Shown here: positions 1 through 9,798 of the stretch, in pieces
Numbering within the stretch: the first letter of the stretch is position 1
Layout of the letters: each line of letters opens with the position of its first letter
Virus genome (UHGV): UHGV-0172104
Reading direction: 5' to 3' (one strand)
DNA from: a virus
Length of the DNA stretch: 47,686 nucleotides
Program-made: the position numbers and the translations under genes
Notes under the pieces: model-generated
The model's database searches: none
Seen by the model: only the letters and a program-made list of their open reading frames with translations
What the model was told of the DNA's origin: nothing

Positions 1-112
1 CTTTCTCTTGAATGTATACTTAGCCTGCTTCTTAAGAAGCAGGAAATCTAGATAACCTTGTATGTATCTGGTTCCAACGCCTCTTGTTGTAAGAAGTAGG
101 TTTGTTACCCAT
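1..112 (-). mobile_element. IS1595-family transposase fragment, continuing across the window ends
   Basis: Minus frame reads WVTNLLLTTRGVGTRYIQGYLDFLLLKKQAKYTFKRK, resembling the IS1595/ISXO2 'RGVxTKYLQxYL' motif; it runs off position 1 in frame with the ORF at 47686. Confidence 0.6.
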
Positions 113-119
113 TTCCTCC

Positions 120-500
120 TTACATTCCTAATATTGAAGCAAATAAATCGTCTTCGTCTGCTTCTTCAAACTCTTCAATGTGAGTATAACCAATTCTGCA
201 CCACTCACTATGTGCTTTATACCCTTTATATGTTTCTCTCATGATAGGGTATAATCTATCATGTAACTTTTCATAGGCTTCTTTTAAAACCTTATGTTCT
301 GCTTCTAAAGCATCTTTGCCATCTGCTAATGCTTCACCAAAGTCAGATAAACTACATTCATAAACGTCAGACATCTGACTTCTTAAAGCATCTAAACTGC
401 TCTGGCAGTCTCGGAAAGTTTTAAAATCATAAACTTCCCTGTCATATTCGTCCATTGCTTCTCTTTCTTCTTTTACATTTTCTAAACTTAATTCTTCCAT
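120..500 (-). CDS. Acidic hypothetical protein in a promoter/operator cassette
   Basis: 126 aa ORF with purine-rich RBS and its own sigma-A-like promoter. Confidence 0.8.
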   Translation of the reverse strand: MEELSLENVKEEREAMDEYDREVYDFKTFRDCQSSLDALRSQMSDVYECSLSDFGEALADGKDALEAEHKVLKEAYEKLHDRLYPIMRETYKGYKAHSEWCRIGYTHIEEFEEADEDDLFASILGM

Positions 501-531
501 TTTCTTTTCCCTCTTTTCTTTCTACAAGTAT

Positions 532-560
532 ATTATAATATATGTATTACATACAATCAA
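532..560 (-). promoter_or_regulatory. Promoter TTGATT-17-TATAAT with palindromic operator TATGTAATACATA (541-553)
   Basis: Read directly; the operator recurs at five other promoters. Confidence 0.75.
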
Positions 561-625
561 GCCTTTTTGGAACATTTTTTATTATTTTCATTTTATGAAA
601 ATAATAAAATTAATTATACATGTGC

Positions 626-653
626 TTGATTTTATATGTATTACATGTATAAT
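626..653 (+). promoter_or_regulatory. Promoter TTGATT-16-TATAAT with operator ATGTATTACAT (636-646)
   Basis: Divergent partner of the 532-560 promoter; both have the leader AAGAAAAGAGGGAAAAGAAAATGGA. Confidence 0.75.
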
Positions 654-684
654 ATAGGTGTAGTAAGAAAAGAGGGAAAAGAAA

Positions 685-990
685 ATGGATAAATTTGAAT
701 TAGCTACTAAATTAGTAGCGGAAGATGTAAAAAGTGATTTAGATGGATATTATAAAGATTGGGGAATTAAAACCTGGTCTGAATATCTTGAAGAAACAGG
801 AAGGGATAGCAATGCAATGAAAGAAGACGTTAGATACATTTTAGCATATTACTCTGATTTTCATATTAATGCTAATTTATATCTTGATGATTGTGATGAG
901 CTAGAACTTGAAGATGGCTCATTACTTACTTATCGTAAATTAATGAATGCGGTAAGAAAGAAATTAAAAGAAGAAGGATATTTTAAATAA
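685..990 (+). CDS. Acidic hypothetical protein, the only convincing plus-strand gene
   Basis: 101 aa ORF with promoter, RBS and downstream terminator. Confidence 0.8.
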   Translation: MDKFELATKLVAEDVKSDLDGYYKDWGIKTWSEYLEETGRDSNAMKEDVRYILAYYSDFHINANLYLDDCDELELEDGSLLTYRKLMNAVRKKLKEEGYFK

Positions 991-1013
991 GGTGAGTAAT
1001 CACCTTATTTTTT
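986..1013. terminator. Probably bidirectional intrinsic terminator
   Basis: AATAAGGTGA-GTAA-TCACCTTATT followed by a T run, between convergent genes. Confidence 0.75.
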
Positions 1014-1099
1014 AAATGCACTTAAAAATGAGTATAAATTCAATCGTAAATGTTTTCGTCCACATTTTTTTTAATCGTAAAAAAGGAGCAGTTATATAA

Positions 1100-1360
1100 C
1101 TACTCCTCGCTAGTAACTTCTAACTTTGTTTCAACTTTTCCAATACGTGTTTTTAAATCATCAATTTCCATTCCATGCTTTTCTAATCTTTTGTTCTGTA
1201 CTGCTTCATCTTCTTTAATATGCTCAATACAACTATTCAATTTTTCAATTACTATTTTTAATTCATTGATAGGTTGCGTAAATTTATTGATAATTGTAAC
1301 AAAAGATCCTAATGTAATCAATGTTAGAATAACATTTCCAACAAACTGCGCTTCATTCAT
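1100..1360 (-). CDS. Small membrane-anchored coiled-coil lysis accessory or holin-like protein
   Basis: N-terminal hydrophobic helix plus coiled coil, next to the holin. Confidence 0.55.
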   Translation of the reverse strand: MNEAQFVGNVILTLITLGSFVTIINKFTQPINELKIVIEKLNSCIEHIKEDEAVQNKRLEKHGMEIDDLKTRIGKVETKLEVTSEE

Positions 1361-1370
1361 AAGAATACCT

Positions 1371-1631
1371 CTATTCTTCTTTATTGATTATTTGTGTAAA
1401 TGCTTGATGTAATCCTGTTGATGCTAAACCACTGAATAAGCCACCTAATATAATATCTGGTGTGAAACTCATATTGATCCATACATTTAACACAATTCCT
1501 AGAATTGCCATAATCAATGGAATATATTTGTTATCAATCTTAGGAATGCTTGTTTTTATTACAAACCCAACGCATAAACAAATACCAACAATAACACAAA
1601 CTAAATAATTAGTTAAAAAATCTAAATTCAT
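1371..1631 (-). CDS. Phage holin
   Basis: 86 aa, three hydrophobic segments, 'NKYIP' and 'GLASTGLHQ' motifs typical of Bacillota phage holins. Confidence 0.85.
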   Translation of the reverse strand: MNLDFLTNYLVCVIVGICLCVGFVIKTSIPKIDNKYIPLIMAILGIVLNVWINMSFTPDIILGGLFSGLASTGLHQAFTQIINKEE

Positions 1632-1647
1632 GATTAATACCTCCTTT

Positions 1648-3258
1648 TTATAATGTGATAGTTCCTATATTTGTAACCGCATCATCTGCGTTTATAGGTT
1701 GATTTACAAAGTTTCCCATGAGTAACTGCTTTCCACTTGCTTCTATACTTGTTCCACTATTTATATTGATTTCGTTATATAGTACTTTTTTGCATGAATA
1801 ACAACCATAGCATGTGCCTGTCGCATTCTCAATATTAATATTGCTGTTCAAAATGCTATGACAATCATAAGCACCATATAATGTTCCATAAGTACCATTG
1901 ATATATACGTTTATATTTTCGTGATTTCCTCCATACAAACTATATATAGTTTGTGAATTGTTTTGCTCAATCTTTATATTAGCATTTTTGATAGTGATAT
2001 TATCACCACATTTTATTACTGTTAATGTTGTATCAGTCAATGTTATATTAGGTATAGTTGCCCTTGAAAAGTCAATGATTGCTTTTCTTTTTGAAACTGT
2101 ATCACTTGTAAAATCAAATACATTATTATCAATAGATGAAGCAATTCCTAATGTTCCGTTTACTGAAATATATAGTTGCGAATTATCTTGAACACTTGCA
2201 TAATTGCCAACACCATTCAAGAAATTTTTGACCATTGTTGATAACGCCTTGTTATCATTATCTCCTGTCGCTTCATATACATATTCTCCAATAGAATTTA
2301 CTTTATTTTCTAATTTATCAACTCTTATAACTGTACTTTCTGCAACTGTTCCTTCAACACATTTTTTATTAACGAATTCTATTCTTGTACCTATCTTATC
2401 TATTGCATTTGTGAGTATGACTTGTGTTCCTTGAGTATTGATGCTAAATTCATCTTTTGCAAGTACAAAATCATTTACACGGATTTCCAATACATCAAGC
2501 GAATTGTTTACAAAATTTATTGTGCTTGGAATCGTTAATGTTTTTTCATTTTCAGAAACCGTTGCATATAGTGCTTTATATTCCCTGTAAATATTCGCTG
2601 TTTTGACGGTTTCTTTGATATTGTTAAACCATGCATCAAAATTGCTTTTTTGTGATGTCTCCCAATTTTTGAAGTTTTTGCTTGTTTCATCCATGAATGT
2701 ATCTTGAGCATCTTTATATTGATTAAATAATGTTGTTGTATCAAACTGCTCAATCAACCCAACAATCCAACCACAAACAGAATTATTTGAACGTGTATCT
2801 TCAATCATTGAATCAGTGATTGCAGTTGTATTCTTATTTACAATGATATTTGCTAAACATATCTCATACGTTGTTTCATCTCTTGTTAATGTTGGAGGTG
2901 TAGGGCTTGAAGATAATTCACCTTTCAATAATTTAAGTTGTGTTGAACGTGTGCTATTATCTCTTGAAATAACGATTCTATCAATTCTGTTTAAAATTAC
3001 ATCACTTGAAGGAATATCAATAGTATAGTCCTTATCAATTTCAAACCAATTATTTCCTACTTTTCCTCTGCCCGATTTAATTATGACCCTCATACCTGTA
3101 TTTTTGATAACTTGGCAAGCATTTGAAATTGTTGCGAATATTCCATTATCAGAAATCAAGCCTTTAAAATAATCATTAACCTGTTCCGCAGTATATATTC
3201 TATCTGGTTCGTTATCAACCATAGCTGCATTGAAAAATCCACTTTTTAATTCAATCAT
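1648..3258 (-). CDS. Baseplate upper / receptor-binding protein
   Basis: Last tail gene; N-terminal 'SGFFN...DRIY' and 'RIDRIV' baseplate region, beta-helix-like C-terminus. Confidence 0.7.
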   Translation of the reverse strand: MIELKSGFFNAAMVDNEPDRIYTAEQVNDYFKGLISDNGIFATISNACQVIKNTGMRVIIKSGRGKVGNNWFEIDKDYTIDIPSSDVILNRIDRIVISRDNSTRSTQLKLLKGELSSSPTPPTLTRDETTYEICLANIIVNKNTTAITDSMIEDTRSNNSVCGWIVGLIEQFDTTTLFNQYKDAQDTFMDETSKNFKNWETSQKSNFDAWFNNIKETVKTANIYREYKALYATVSENEKTLTIPSTINFVNNSLDVLEIRVNDFVLAKDEFSINTQGTQVILTNAIDKIGTRIEFVNKKCVEGTVAESTVIRVDKLENKVNSIGEYVYEATGDNDNKALSTMVKNFLNGVGNYASVQDNSQLYISVNGTLGIASSIDNNVFDFTSDTVSKRKAIIDFSRATIPNITLTDTTLTVIKCGDNITIKNANIKIEQNNSQTIYSLYGGNHENINVYINGTYGTLYGAYDCHSILNSNINIENATGTCYGCYSCKKVLYNEININSGTSIEASGKQLLMGNFVNQPINADDAVTNIGTITL

Positions 3259-3276
3259 CTATTGCACCCCCTTCTT

Positions 3277-4329
3277 CTATAATCCAAAAGTTAAAACTAT
3301 CTGTTTCCCGTTTTTATCAAAACTTTCTATTGCTTCTATAATTCTAGCATTTATATACATATTATTCCATTTAGTTTTCATAATACTCACAATATCACCA
3401 ATGTATATATCGCCATTTTTTCCATATGTATATCCACTCAATGAAACACTACCATCAAATGCAGTTGTTATTGAAGTAAGATTTTCTAAACCTTCCTCAG
3501 ACATCTGTTTTTTTATTTCTTCTTCTGATATTTCTCCGTTATTGGTTGACATATTTCTTTGGTCAACCCATACTTCAAAACGTTTCAATCCTTTAGGTTC
3601 AATATCATTATATGCTTTTACAATTCTTCTATCAATTCCCTCGCCTTCTCCTGCAACATATGCAATATTTTTTAATTTTGAAGTCTGATATACATAAGTT
3701 GCTTCTTTTAAATTATCATATTCATCACTAAATACAACCCATGGATTCTCATTCTGCGCATATGACCTGTCAATTCCTTTATACATCTCATAATAGAGTT
3801 TATTATCTCTTAATGGCATTCTAAATCCTATTCTTTTAGATTCGCATATTTTTTCTATTTTATCTAAAAGGTTTGCTCCTGTTATCTGTATTTTTATATC
3901 CTCATTAATAGAATTATCAATAGCACCCAATTTCACAAAACTAATATTTCTATTAGTATCAGTTGCATTTATCATATTCATTTCAACTAGGTTTCTGCAT
4001 TGATATTGAGCATTTCCACTTAAAAGTGTCTGTTGAGATATAACTCTACTATTCAACACATATCCCTCTGCGAATTTTCCTGTCACTTTTATTTTATCGC
4101 CATCTTCTGTATTGCTGACTATCTCATAGTCCTCAATGATTCCAACATTATCTTCATCATCATCACGCACAACATATAAGCCACTTTTGATTAATGATAA
4201 ATAATATTCTGTAACTGATGTATGTAGTTCAAAATCGCCACTTTTATAATATCTTGTTGCCCATATCAATTCAGCATTTTCAATTAATCCTAATATTTCA
4301 AAATTTTCATTTTCTATAACTACGTCCAT
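3277..4329 (-). CDS. Siphovirus Gp37-like (ReqiPepy6 type) tail hub protein
   Basis: 'WATRYYKSGDFEL' and 'VAGEGEG' motifs; follows Dit. Confidence 0.8.
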   Translation of the reverse strand: MDVVIENENFEILGLIENAELIWATRYYKSGDFELHTSVTEYYLSLIKSGLYVVRDDDEDNVGIIEDYEIVSNTEDGDKIKVTGKFAEGYVLNSRVISQQTLLSGNAQYQCRNLVEMNMINATDTNRNISFVKLGAIDNSINEDIKIQITGANLLDKIEKICESKRIGFRMPLRDNKLYYEMYKGIDRSYAQNENPWVVFSDEYDNLKEATYVYQTSKLKNIAYVAGEGEGIDRRIVKAYNDIEPKGLKRFEVWVDQRNMSTNNGEISEEEIKKQMSEEGLENLTSITTAFDGSVSLSGYTYGKNGDIYIGDIVSIMKTKWNNMYINARIIEAIESFDKNGKQIVLTFGL

Positions 4330-4331
4330 AA

Positions 4332-5192
4332 TTATATTCCCTCATAATTAGAATAATATCTAAAATCAATATCAATATATTCATTTCCACTTTCTGCTGA
4401 ATATGTAAATATGTTGTCTCCTGTTTCTAACTGCAAGAATTTACTGCCTTTTTTTAAGTAGTTAAATATATTTGTTTCAACTGCATTTCTTATCAATTTA
4501 ACTCTTTTATTATTAATATGTGTTGTAATTAATATCGTATCTCCTTTTATCATTTTAAAAGGTCTTTCAGTGCTTCCAATTCCTATATATTCCTTTGTAT
4601 CTCGATTATATATAGCGGGATTTATAACTTCTCCTCTTGCAGATAGTTCAATTGTCATACCACTTGAAACATTGCCCTCATTAATTAGGTTTAAAATGCT
4701 TATCTGCGAATATATACTGAATGATCTTGGATTGACTGTATAAAAAGGAAAATAGAATTTAGGCTCAATTATATTCATGTCGGTTAAGGTTTCCTCCAAA
4801 TCCTTAAAGAATGGATTTGGACATAATATAGAAATCTGACACGTTGTAAGCATATTGAACGGGTTAGGTTCATTGCTTTCAACATATCCATCAATCCATA
4901 CCTTTTTTGTATCCGTTTCAAAAAATAATTTAATATTTTTCTTGTTAGGAAAATACTCATACAACAGCAATCTATTTTCTTCAACATATCCTTTTATGAC
5001 TAGATTAATCACAATGTTTCGTGTACCTATTCTAGAATGAACAAAGTCTGCACCATCTTCAATATTATCGCTTATTGCAATATCAGCAGTCGGAGGGTTA
5101 AGCCCTAAGACTGATTCAATCTGATATTTGTTTTCATCATCAGTTAAACATAATCGTTTTCCTTTTGAATTTTCAACAGTTATCTTAATCAT
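4332..5192 (-). CDS. Distal tail protein (Dit)
   Basis: Follows tape measure; 'ILCPNPFF' and 'LETGDN' motifs. Confidence 0.8.
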   Translation of the reverse strand: MIKITVENSKGKRLCLTDDENKYQIESVLGLNPPTADIAISDNIEDGADFVHSRIGTRNIVINLVIKGYVEENRLLLYEYFPNKKNIKLFFETDTKKVWIDGYVESNEPNPFNMLTTCQISILCPNPFFKDLEETLTDMNIIEPKFYFPFYTVNPRSFSIYSQISILNLINEGNVSSGMTIELSARGEVINPAIYNRDTKEYIGIGSTERPFKMIKGDTILITTHINNKRVKLIRNAVETNIFNYLKKGSKFLQLETGDNIFTYSAESGNEYIDIDFRYYSNYEGI

Positions 5193-8100
5193 GACTTAAC
5201 ACCTCCTTTTAATAAATTTCTGCTTTGTCTGTAAATATCTAATGTGCTTAATGTCTTAGGTGATGTGATGTATTGATTAAATGTATTATTTACTGTTTTG
5301 TTATTAGAAACATTATTAACATTTGATGCACCATTGATAACTCCTAAACCTCTTTTGACATCTTGCAACTCCTCATTAACAATCTTTCTTATTGTATTGA
5401 CAGGTGAAATTATTTCGTCTTGTGTAGGGTTATCTCCGACCATTGCAAGAAATGGATTATTCTTTTTAGCAAGTCCACCTTGTGCAAGTCTTGGCAAACT
5501 GAATGTATTCAATCTCTTTAGGTTTAGACCTGGAATTCCATTTATTTTTCCAATCAAACTATTAATGGCATTGATAGGAGAATTTAAAACATTTTCCGCT
5601 GTTCTAAGTACTGCATTGATAGCACTCTTAAATGCTCCTCCAACTGCCTGTCCTACTTTCTGCCCTATATTTGTAAATACTGATTTAATAGTGTTCCATA
5701 TTCCACTGAAGAAACTTCCTACATTGCTGAACGCTCCTTTTACTGCATTCCATGCACTTTGGAAAACACCACCAAACCATGAACTTACAGCATTGAATAT
5801 TCCTTGAATTCCATTCCATACTCCTCCAAAGAATGATACAACTACATTCCATGCACCTTGTATTCCTTTGACTGCTCCACTAAAAACACTTGAGAACCAT
5901 GAAGCAACAGCATTATAAATGCTGACTATTCCATTCCATATTCCTGCGAAAAAGCCTACAACACTATTCCATGCACTCTGTATTCCATTATATGCACTTG
6001 TAAATACATCTGTAAAAAAGGCAATGACAGGAGAAAATATTTCAACTATTTTTGACCAAACAAATTGAAATATGATAACTATATTATCAAACGTTATTTT
6101 GATATTACTGAATATAGTTCCAAAAATGCTTGTAAATAAATCTATAGAAGGTTGGAATACTTCAACCATTCTTGTATAAACATCTGTAAATATTGAAACT
6201 AATCCACTCCATATTCCTTCGATAACCGAAACAATAGAACTGAATAAATCACTAAAGAATGAACCAATAGAAGAAAATACACTAATGATACCATCAAATA
6301 ACGTACTAAAGAAATCTACTAATCCACCCCATACACCAGTTATTAAATCCCATGCTCCACCAAAGAATGAAGCAATACCATCAATTGCTGTTTTACATGC
6401 TCCTACTATCGTATCCCATGCACCTATCCAGAACTTTCTGAATGATTCTGAATTATTCCACAAGTATATCAATGCAACAACTAATCCTGCTATTGCACTA
6501 GCAATTAATAAAAACGGATTCATTGCCATTGTTGCATTCAATAACGCAAATGCTTTCTGAACTCCACTTATAAGTCCTTGAATTGCTAACGCTCCTGCTA
6601 GTACTCCAAAAGCAGTTGCAACTCCTGCTACAATTGGTGCTATAACACCCATATTTTTAATAACGAATTTTAATAAATCAGTTAAAACAGGTTCTAATGT
6701 GTTCACAATAGGCTGAATAAGATTAACCTCAAGTGTTTTTCCTATTTCTGTCCATTGACTTGCTAAATTATCATATTTAACATTATCAACTTTTTTCATA
6801 GTTCCTGCGACATCATCATATGTATCATTAACATTATTTAATGAGGAGATAACCTTCATTGCATTATCTTCTCCCAATGCACTCCATGTATCGCTCGCAA
6901 CTGTCAATAATTTCTGCTTATCCTTTGCAGTTGATAAATCATTAATGATTGACTTAAATACATCTGCTTGTGTTGCTTTTCCATCTTTCCATGATTTGAA
7001 TAATTCTTGTGTCTTGGTTGAGAAGTTTCCCATCTGTTCCTCAAAACGTCCATCAACCATAGATATGCCAATTTCTTTTACTAAATCATTAACTTTATCA
7101 AGGTTATATGCACCACTATCAACACCATTTTGAAGTATTTTAAACATTTCTTCTGCGCTAAATCCTGCTTGACCCCATAACTGCGAATATTCAGCAATGT
7201 TATCACCTAATTCGCCAGACTTATTCAAACCATTTTGAGCGCCTTTAGCAATAAGATCAAATGCTTCATCAGCACTAACACCCATATTCTGCATCAAACC
7301 TTGAACACCTCTAAGTGTTTCATTGAAATCCATTCCAAAGGTATCTTGAAGAACAATAAGATTCTTTGTCATATTTTTAATTTCATCAGAACCTAAATCC
7401 ATGTTTGAAGTCTGCTGTTTAACTAAGGAAATCTTTTCTGCTAAATCTTCCCAACTATCGCCATAATTATTTTTATAAAGATCATCAAGTACATCTTTGA
7501 AATCTTTCATTTCTTTATTGCTTGAACCTGTTGATGCTTGTAGTTGGTCTAACGATTTTCCTCCTTCAGTTGCTAAATCCTTAAATGCTTGTATTGCTTC
7601 TTGAATAACCTTGCTTGCTAAATCTGAAATAACATCTTTTAGAATTGTATATCCGTCGCTAGAATTTCTTGCTTCTTCTCCTGTCTCCTCTAATGAGCCA
7701 CCTAATTTATTTGCACTGCTTTTCAAGTTATTCATGGTTTCCTTGTTCTTGTCAAGGTCTCCATTCAAACTAGTAATCTTTGATGCAAGGCTTTGTGCTT
7801 CACTTGATGTTTCTCCAAACTCAAGTGATGCATTCATATATGCATTCTTTAATTCCTTAATCTCTTTTTCTTGACTGTTTATAGTATCCTCAAGTCTTTC
7901 AAGAGATGTTCTTGTATCAACACTTTCTTTTTCAACATCATTTAAAGAATTTTCATAACTGCTTAATTCTCTCTTTGTTTTGTTTATAGATGCCTGTTGA
8001 TTCAATATTGATATGTTAAGATTTTCAGATGCTTTTTTATTTCGCTCCTGCTCCTTAACTGTCTGATTCAATTCCTTTTGAAGTTCTGTAATGTTACCTT

Positions 8101-8476
8101 TTAATTCTTTTGATGCTTCAGAGTTTTCTCCTGTTGCTTTTACGCTTTCCTCATACTGCTTTGATAATTCTGCAATCTTCTTTCTTAAATCTTCTGCATG
8201 TTTCTCTGCTTCTTCTTGAGCCTTTGTATATTCTTCCTGTTCTCCTTTTAAAGCATTCAATTTCTTTTCTTGCTGTTCAATTATAGAATTTAATTGCTTG
8301 ATTTTTGCTTGAAGTCCATCAGTAGACTTTGACCAATCGTCCATTTTAGAACTTGCTTCTTTAAATTGAGCATTTGCAAGTTTTATCTGCTTATTTGCTT
8401 CTGTAATACCTTTTTTAAAATCAGATATATCAACTTTAAATTTAGTTGTTACTTCTTTAGCCTTACCTTTTGCCAT
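5189..8476 (-). CDS. Tail tape measure protein
   Basis: 1095 aa, coiled-coil N-terminus, periodic W/F repeats in the C-terminal part. Confidence 0.92.
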   Translation of the reverse strand: MAKGKAKEVTTKFKVDISDFKKGITEANKQIKLANAQFKEASSKMDDWSKSTDGLQAKIKQLNSIIEQQEKKLNALKGEQEEYTKAQEEAEKHAEDLRKKIAELSKQYEESVKATGENSEASKELKGNITELQKELNQTVKEQERNKKASENLNISILNQQASINKTKRELSSYENSLNDVEKESVDTRTSLERLEDTINSQEKEIKELKNAYMNASLEFGETSSEAQSLASKITSLNGDLDKNKETMNNLKSSANKLGGSLEETGEEARNSSDGYTILKDVISDLASKVIQEAIQAFKDLATEGGKSLDQLQASTGSSNKEMKDFKDVLDDLYKNNYGDSWEDLAEKISLVKQQTSNMDLGSDEIKNMTKNLIVLQDTFGMDFNETLRGVQGLMQNMGVSADEAFDLIAKGAQNGLNKSGELGDNIAEYSQLWGQAGFSAEEMFKILQNGVDSGAYNLDKVNDLVKEIGISMVDGRFEEQMGNFSTKTQELFKSWKDGKATQADVFKSIINDLSTAKDKQKLLTVASDTWSALGEDNAMKVISSLNNVNDTYDDVAGTMKKVDNVKYDNLASQWTEIGKTLEVNLIQPIVNTLEPVLTDLLKFVIKNMGVIAPIVAGVATAFGVLAGALAIQGLISGVQKAFALLNATMAMNPFLLIASAIAGLVVALIYLWNNSESFRKFWIGAWDTIVGACKTAIDGIASFFGGAWDLITGVWGGLVDFFSTLFDGIISVFSSIGSFFSDLFSSIVSVIEGIWSGLVSIFTDVYTRMVEVFQPSIDLFTSIFGTIFSNIKITFDNIVIIFQFVWSKIVEIFSPVIAFFTDVFTSAYNGIQSAWNSVVGFFAGIWNGIVSIYNAVASWFSSVFSGAVKGIQGAWNVVVSFFGGVWNGIQGIFNAVSSWFGGVFQSAWNAVKGAFSNVGSFFSGIWNTIKSVFTNIGQKVGQAVGGAFKSAINAVLRTAENVLNSPINAINSLIGKINGIPGLNLKRLNTFSLPRLAQGGLAKKNNPFLAMVGDNPTQDEIISPVNTIRKIVNEELQDVKRGLGVINGASNVNNVSNNKTVNNTFNQYITSPKTLSTLDIYRQSRNLLKGGVKS

Positions 8477-8499
8477 TTATAACACCTCCTTTATCTACA

Positions 8500-8754
8500 T
8501 TAAATCCACCCTCCTGTTCCTCGTTTTCCTGTTACATTTCTTCTCATGTGTCTTGTTCCATCACTTTCAATAGTTTCATTGCTGTATTTATTGCTATCCT
8601 TGATTAATCTAATAAGTCTGAATACTTCTGTTGCCCTCTGTTGTCTTATGATGAATGGATTTAAAGAAGGATACATTTCACATATGCTATTAGTTAATTT
8701 ATATAATGTTTGTGAAACGGGGATATTATCATCTATCCCCTCATCACGTTTTTT
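8500..8754 (-). CDS. Tail assembly chaperone -1 frameshift extension (gpGT-like)
   Basis: Slippery A AAA AAC at 8754-8748; -1 frame is open to TAA at 8502-8500 (KRDEGIDDNIPV...GTGGWI). Confidence 0.75.
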   Translation of the reverse strand, partial: KKRDEGIDDNIPVSQTLYKLTNSICEMYPSLNPFIIRQQRATEVFRLIRLIKDSNKYSNETIESDGTRHMRRNVTGKRGTGGWI

Positions 8755-9080
8755 GAGCCGTCACTGAACTGTTCTTTTGCAATCTGTAAGATGCCAACAA
8801 CAACTGGAATCAATTCCTTTACTTTGATGCACTTTAATTCTTCATCAGTCAATCCATAGAATACATCTTTTAATAAAGGCTTTAACTGATTCATTACTTT
8901 AGTTATCATCTTTAAAATCTCGCTTGTATCATTCATGTTTTCAATATCAAAAATTGTTAAAATATCCTCAACTGTTCCAAACATTAAATCATATTCATCT
9001 GTCTCATATGTTTTAACAATTTCTCTTTTACCTGTTTCCTTATTTCTTTCTTTTCCATAAATATTTAATACTAATTCCAT
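8733..9080 (-). CDS. Tail assembly chaperone (gpG-like)
   Basis: Between major tail and tape measure; ends at a slippery site. Confidence 0.8.
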   Translation of the reverse strand: MELVLNIYGKERNKETGKREIVKTYETDEYDLMFGTVEDILTIFDIENMNDTSEILKMITKVMNQLKPLLKDVFYGLTDEELKCIKVKELIPVVVGILQIAKEQFSDGSKNVMRG

Positions 9081-9163
9081 AATTTTTCTCCTTTACTAAA
9101 AAATAGATGGAGACTATAAGAGGAATTGCAATTCCACTTTCCCCATCTATTTAATATTTTAGT

Positions 9164-9796
9164 TTAAACGCTTGGGTTTTTCTTAGTGAATGTAGATAAT
9201 GTGTCGGGAGTCTGCACCGTATCAAACCATGTTGACATATCAATAGTGCTTCCGTCTGGCTGAACATCTTCTAATGCAACATATGTTTTCTTTCCACCAT
9301 TTGTGAACTTATGAGTAGTTGCGATACCTGTATAAACTAATGAAAGATTGTTTGAATCTGTACCACCGTTTTTAGTTGTATTTGTTTCATCTGGAATAGC
9401 AAACGTTCCTTTTAATGACCACTTATAAGTCTTGATTCCACTTGTGACTTCTGTCACATAACCGACTGCAAAATATGGGTTTTTCACATCTCCACCGCCT
9501 AAAATTGCACCTGTTGTCTTATCAACATCTTGTCCTGTTAATTCTGCTAATAATGCAAGTGGCAAGTGGTCAATTGTAAACGTTCTTGTTTCTGCCCCCT
9601 GTCCTTTTAAAACTATAGCAGGGTTGTTATCATAATATTTAGTTTCGCTTGACTGCTCCACTGTTACTCCGACTTCTGCAAGTCCTGCTAATTCTTTTAC
9701 TTTTCCTGTTGTGTAACCTTCGGAATCGTCTTTTGTAACCACTGCATAAACTAGATTTTCACAACCTCTATATTCTGCAACTTCTGCTTTCGCCAT
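9164..9796 (-). CDS. Major tail protein (phi13-like)
   Basis: 'KYYDN', 'PYFAVG', 'LKGTF' motifs and position. Confidence 0.88.
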   Translation of the reverse strand: MAKAEVAEYRGCENLVYAVVTKDDSEGYTTGKVKELAGLAEVGVTVEQSSETKYYDNNPAIVLKGQGAETRTFTIDHLPLALLAELTGQDVDKTTGAILGGGDVKNPYFAVGYVTEVTSGIKTYKWSLKGTFAIPDETNTTKNGGTDSNNLSLVYTGIATTHKFTNGGKKTYVALEDVQPDGSTIDMSTWFDTVQTPDTLSTFTKKNPSV

Positions 9797-9798
9797 AT

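Noticed and set aside
24..43. CCTGCTTC-TTAA-GAAGCAGG hairpin as the terminator of ORF 120-500
   Set aside because: It has no U tract and lies within the IS1595-like coding fragment.
1648..3258. Diversity-generating retroelement targeting the RBP
   Set aside because: No reverse transcriptase and no template/variable repeat pair were seen.
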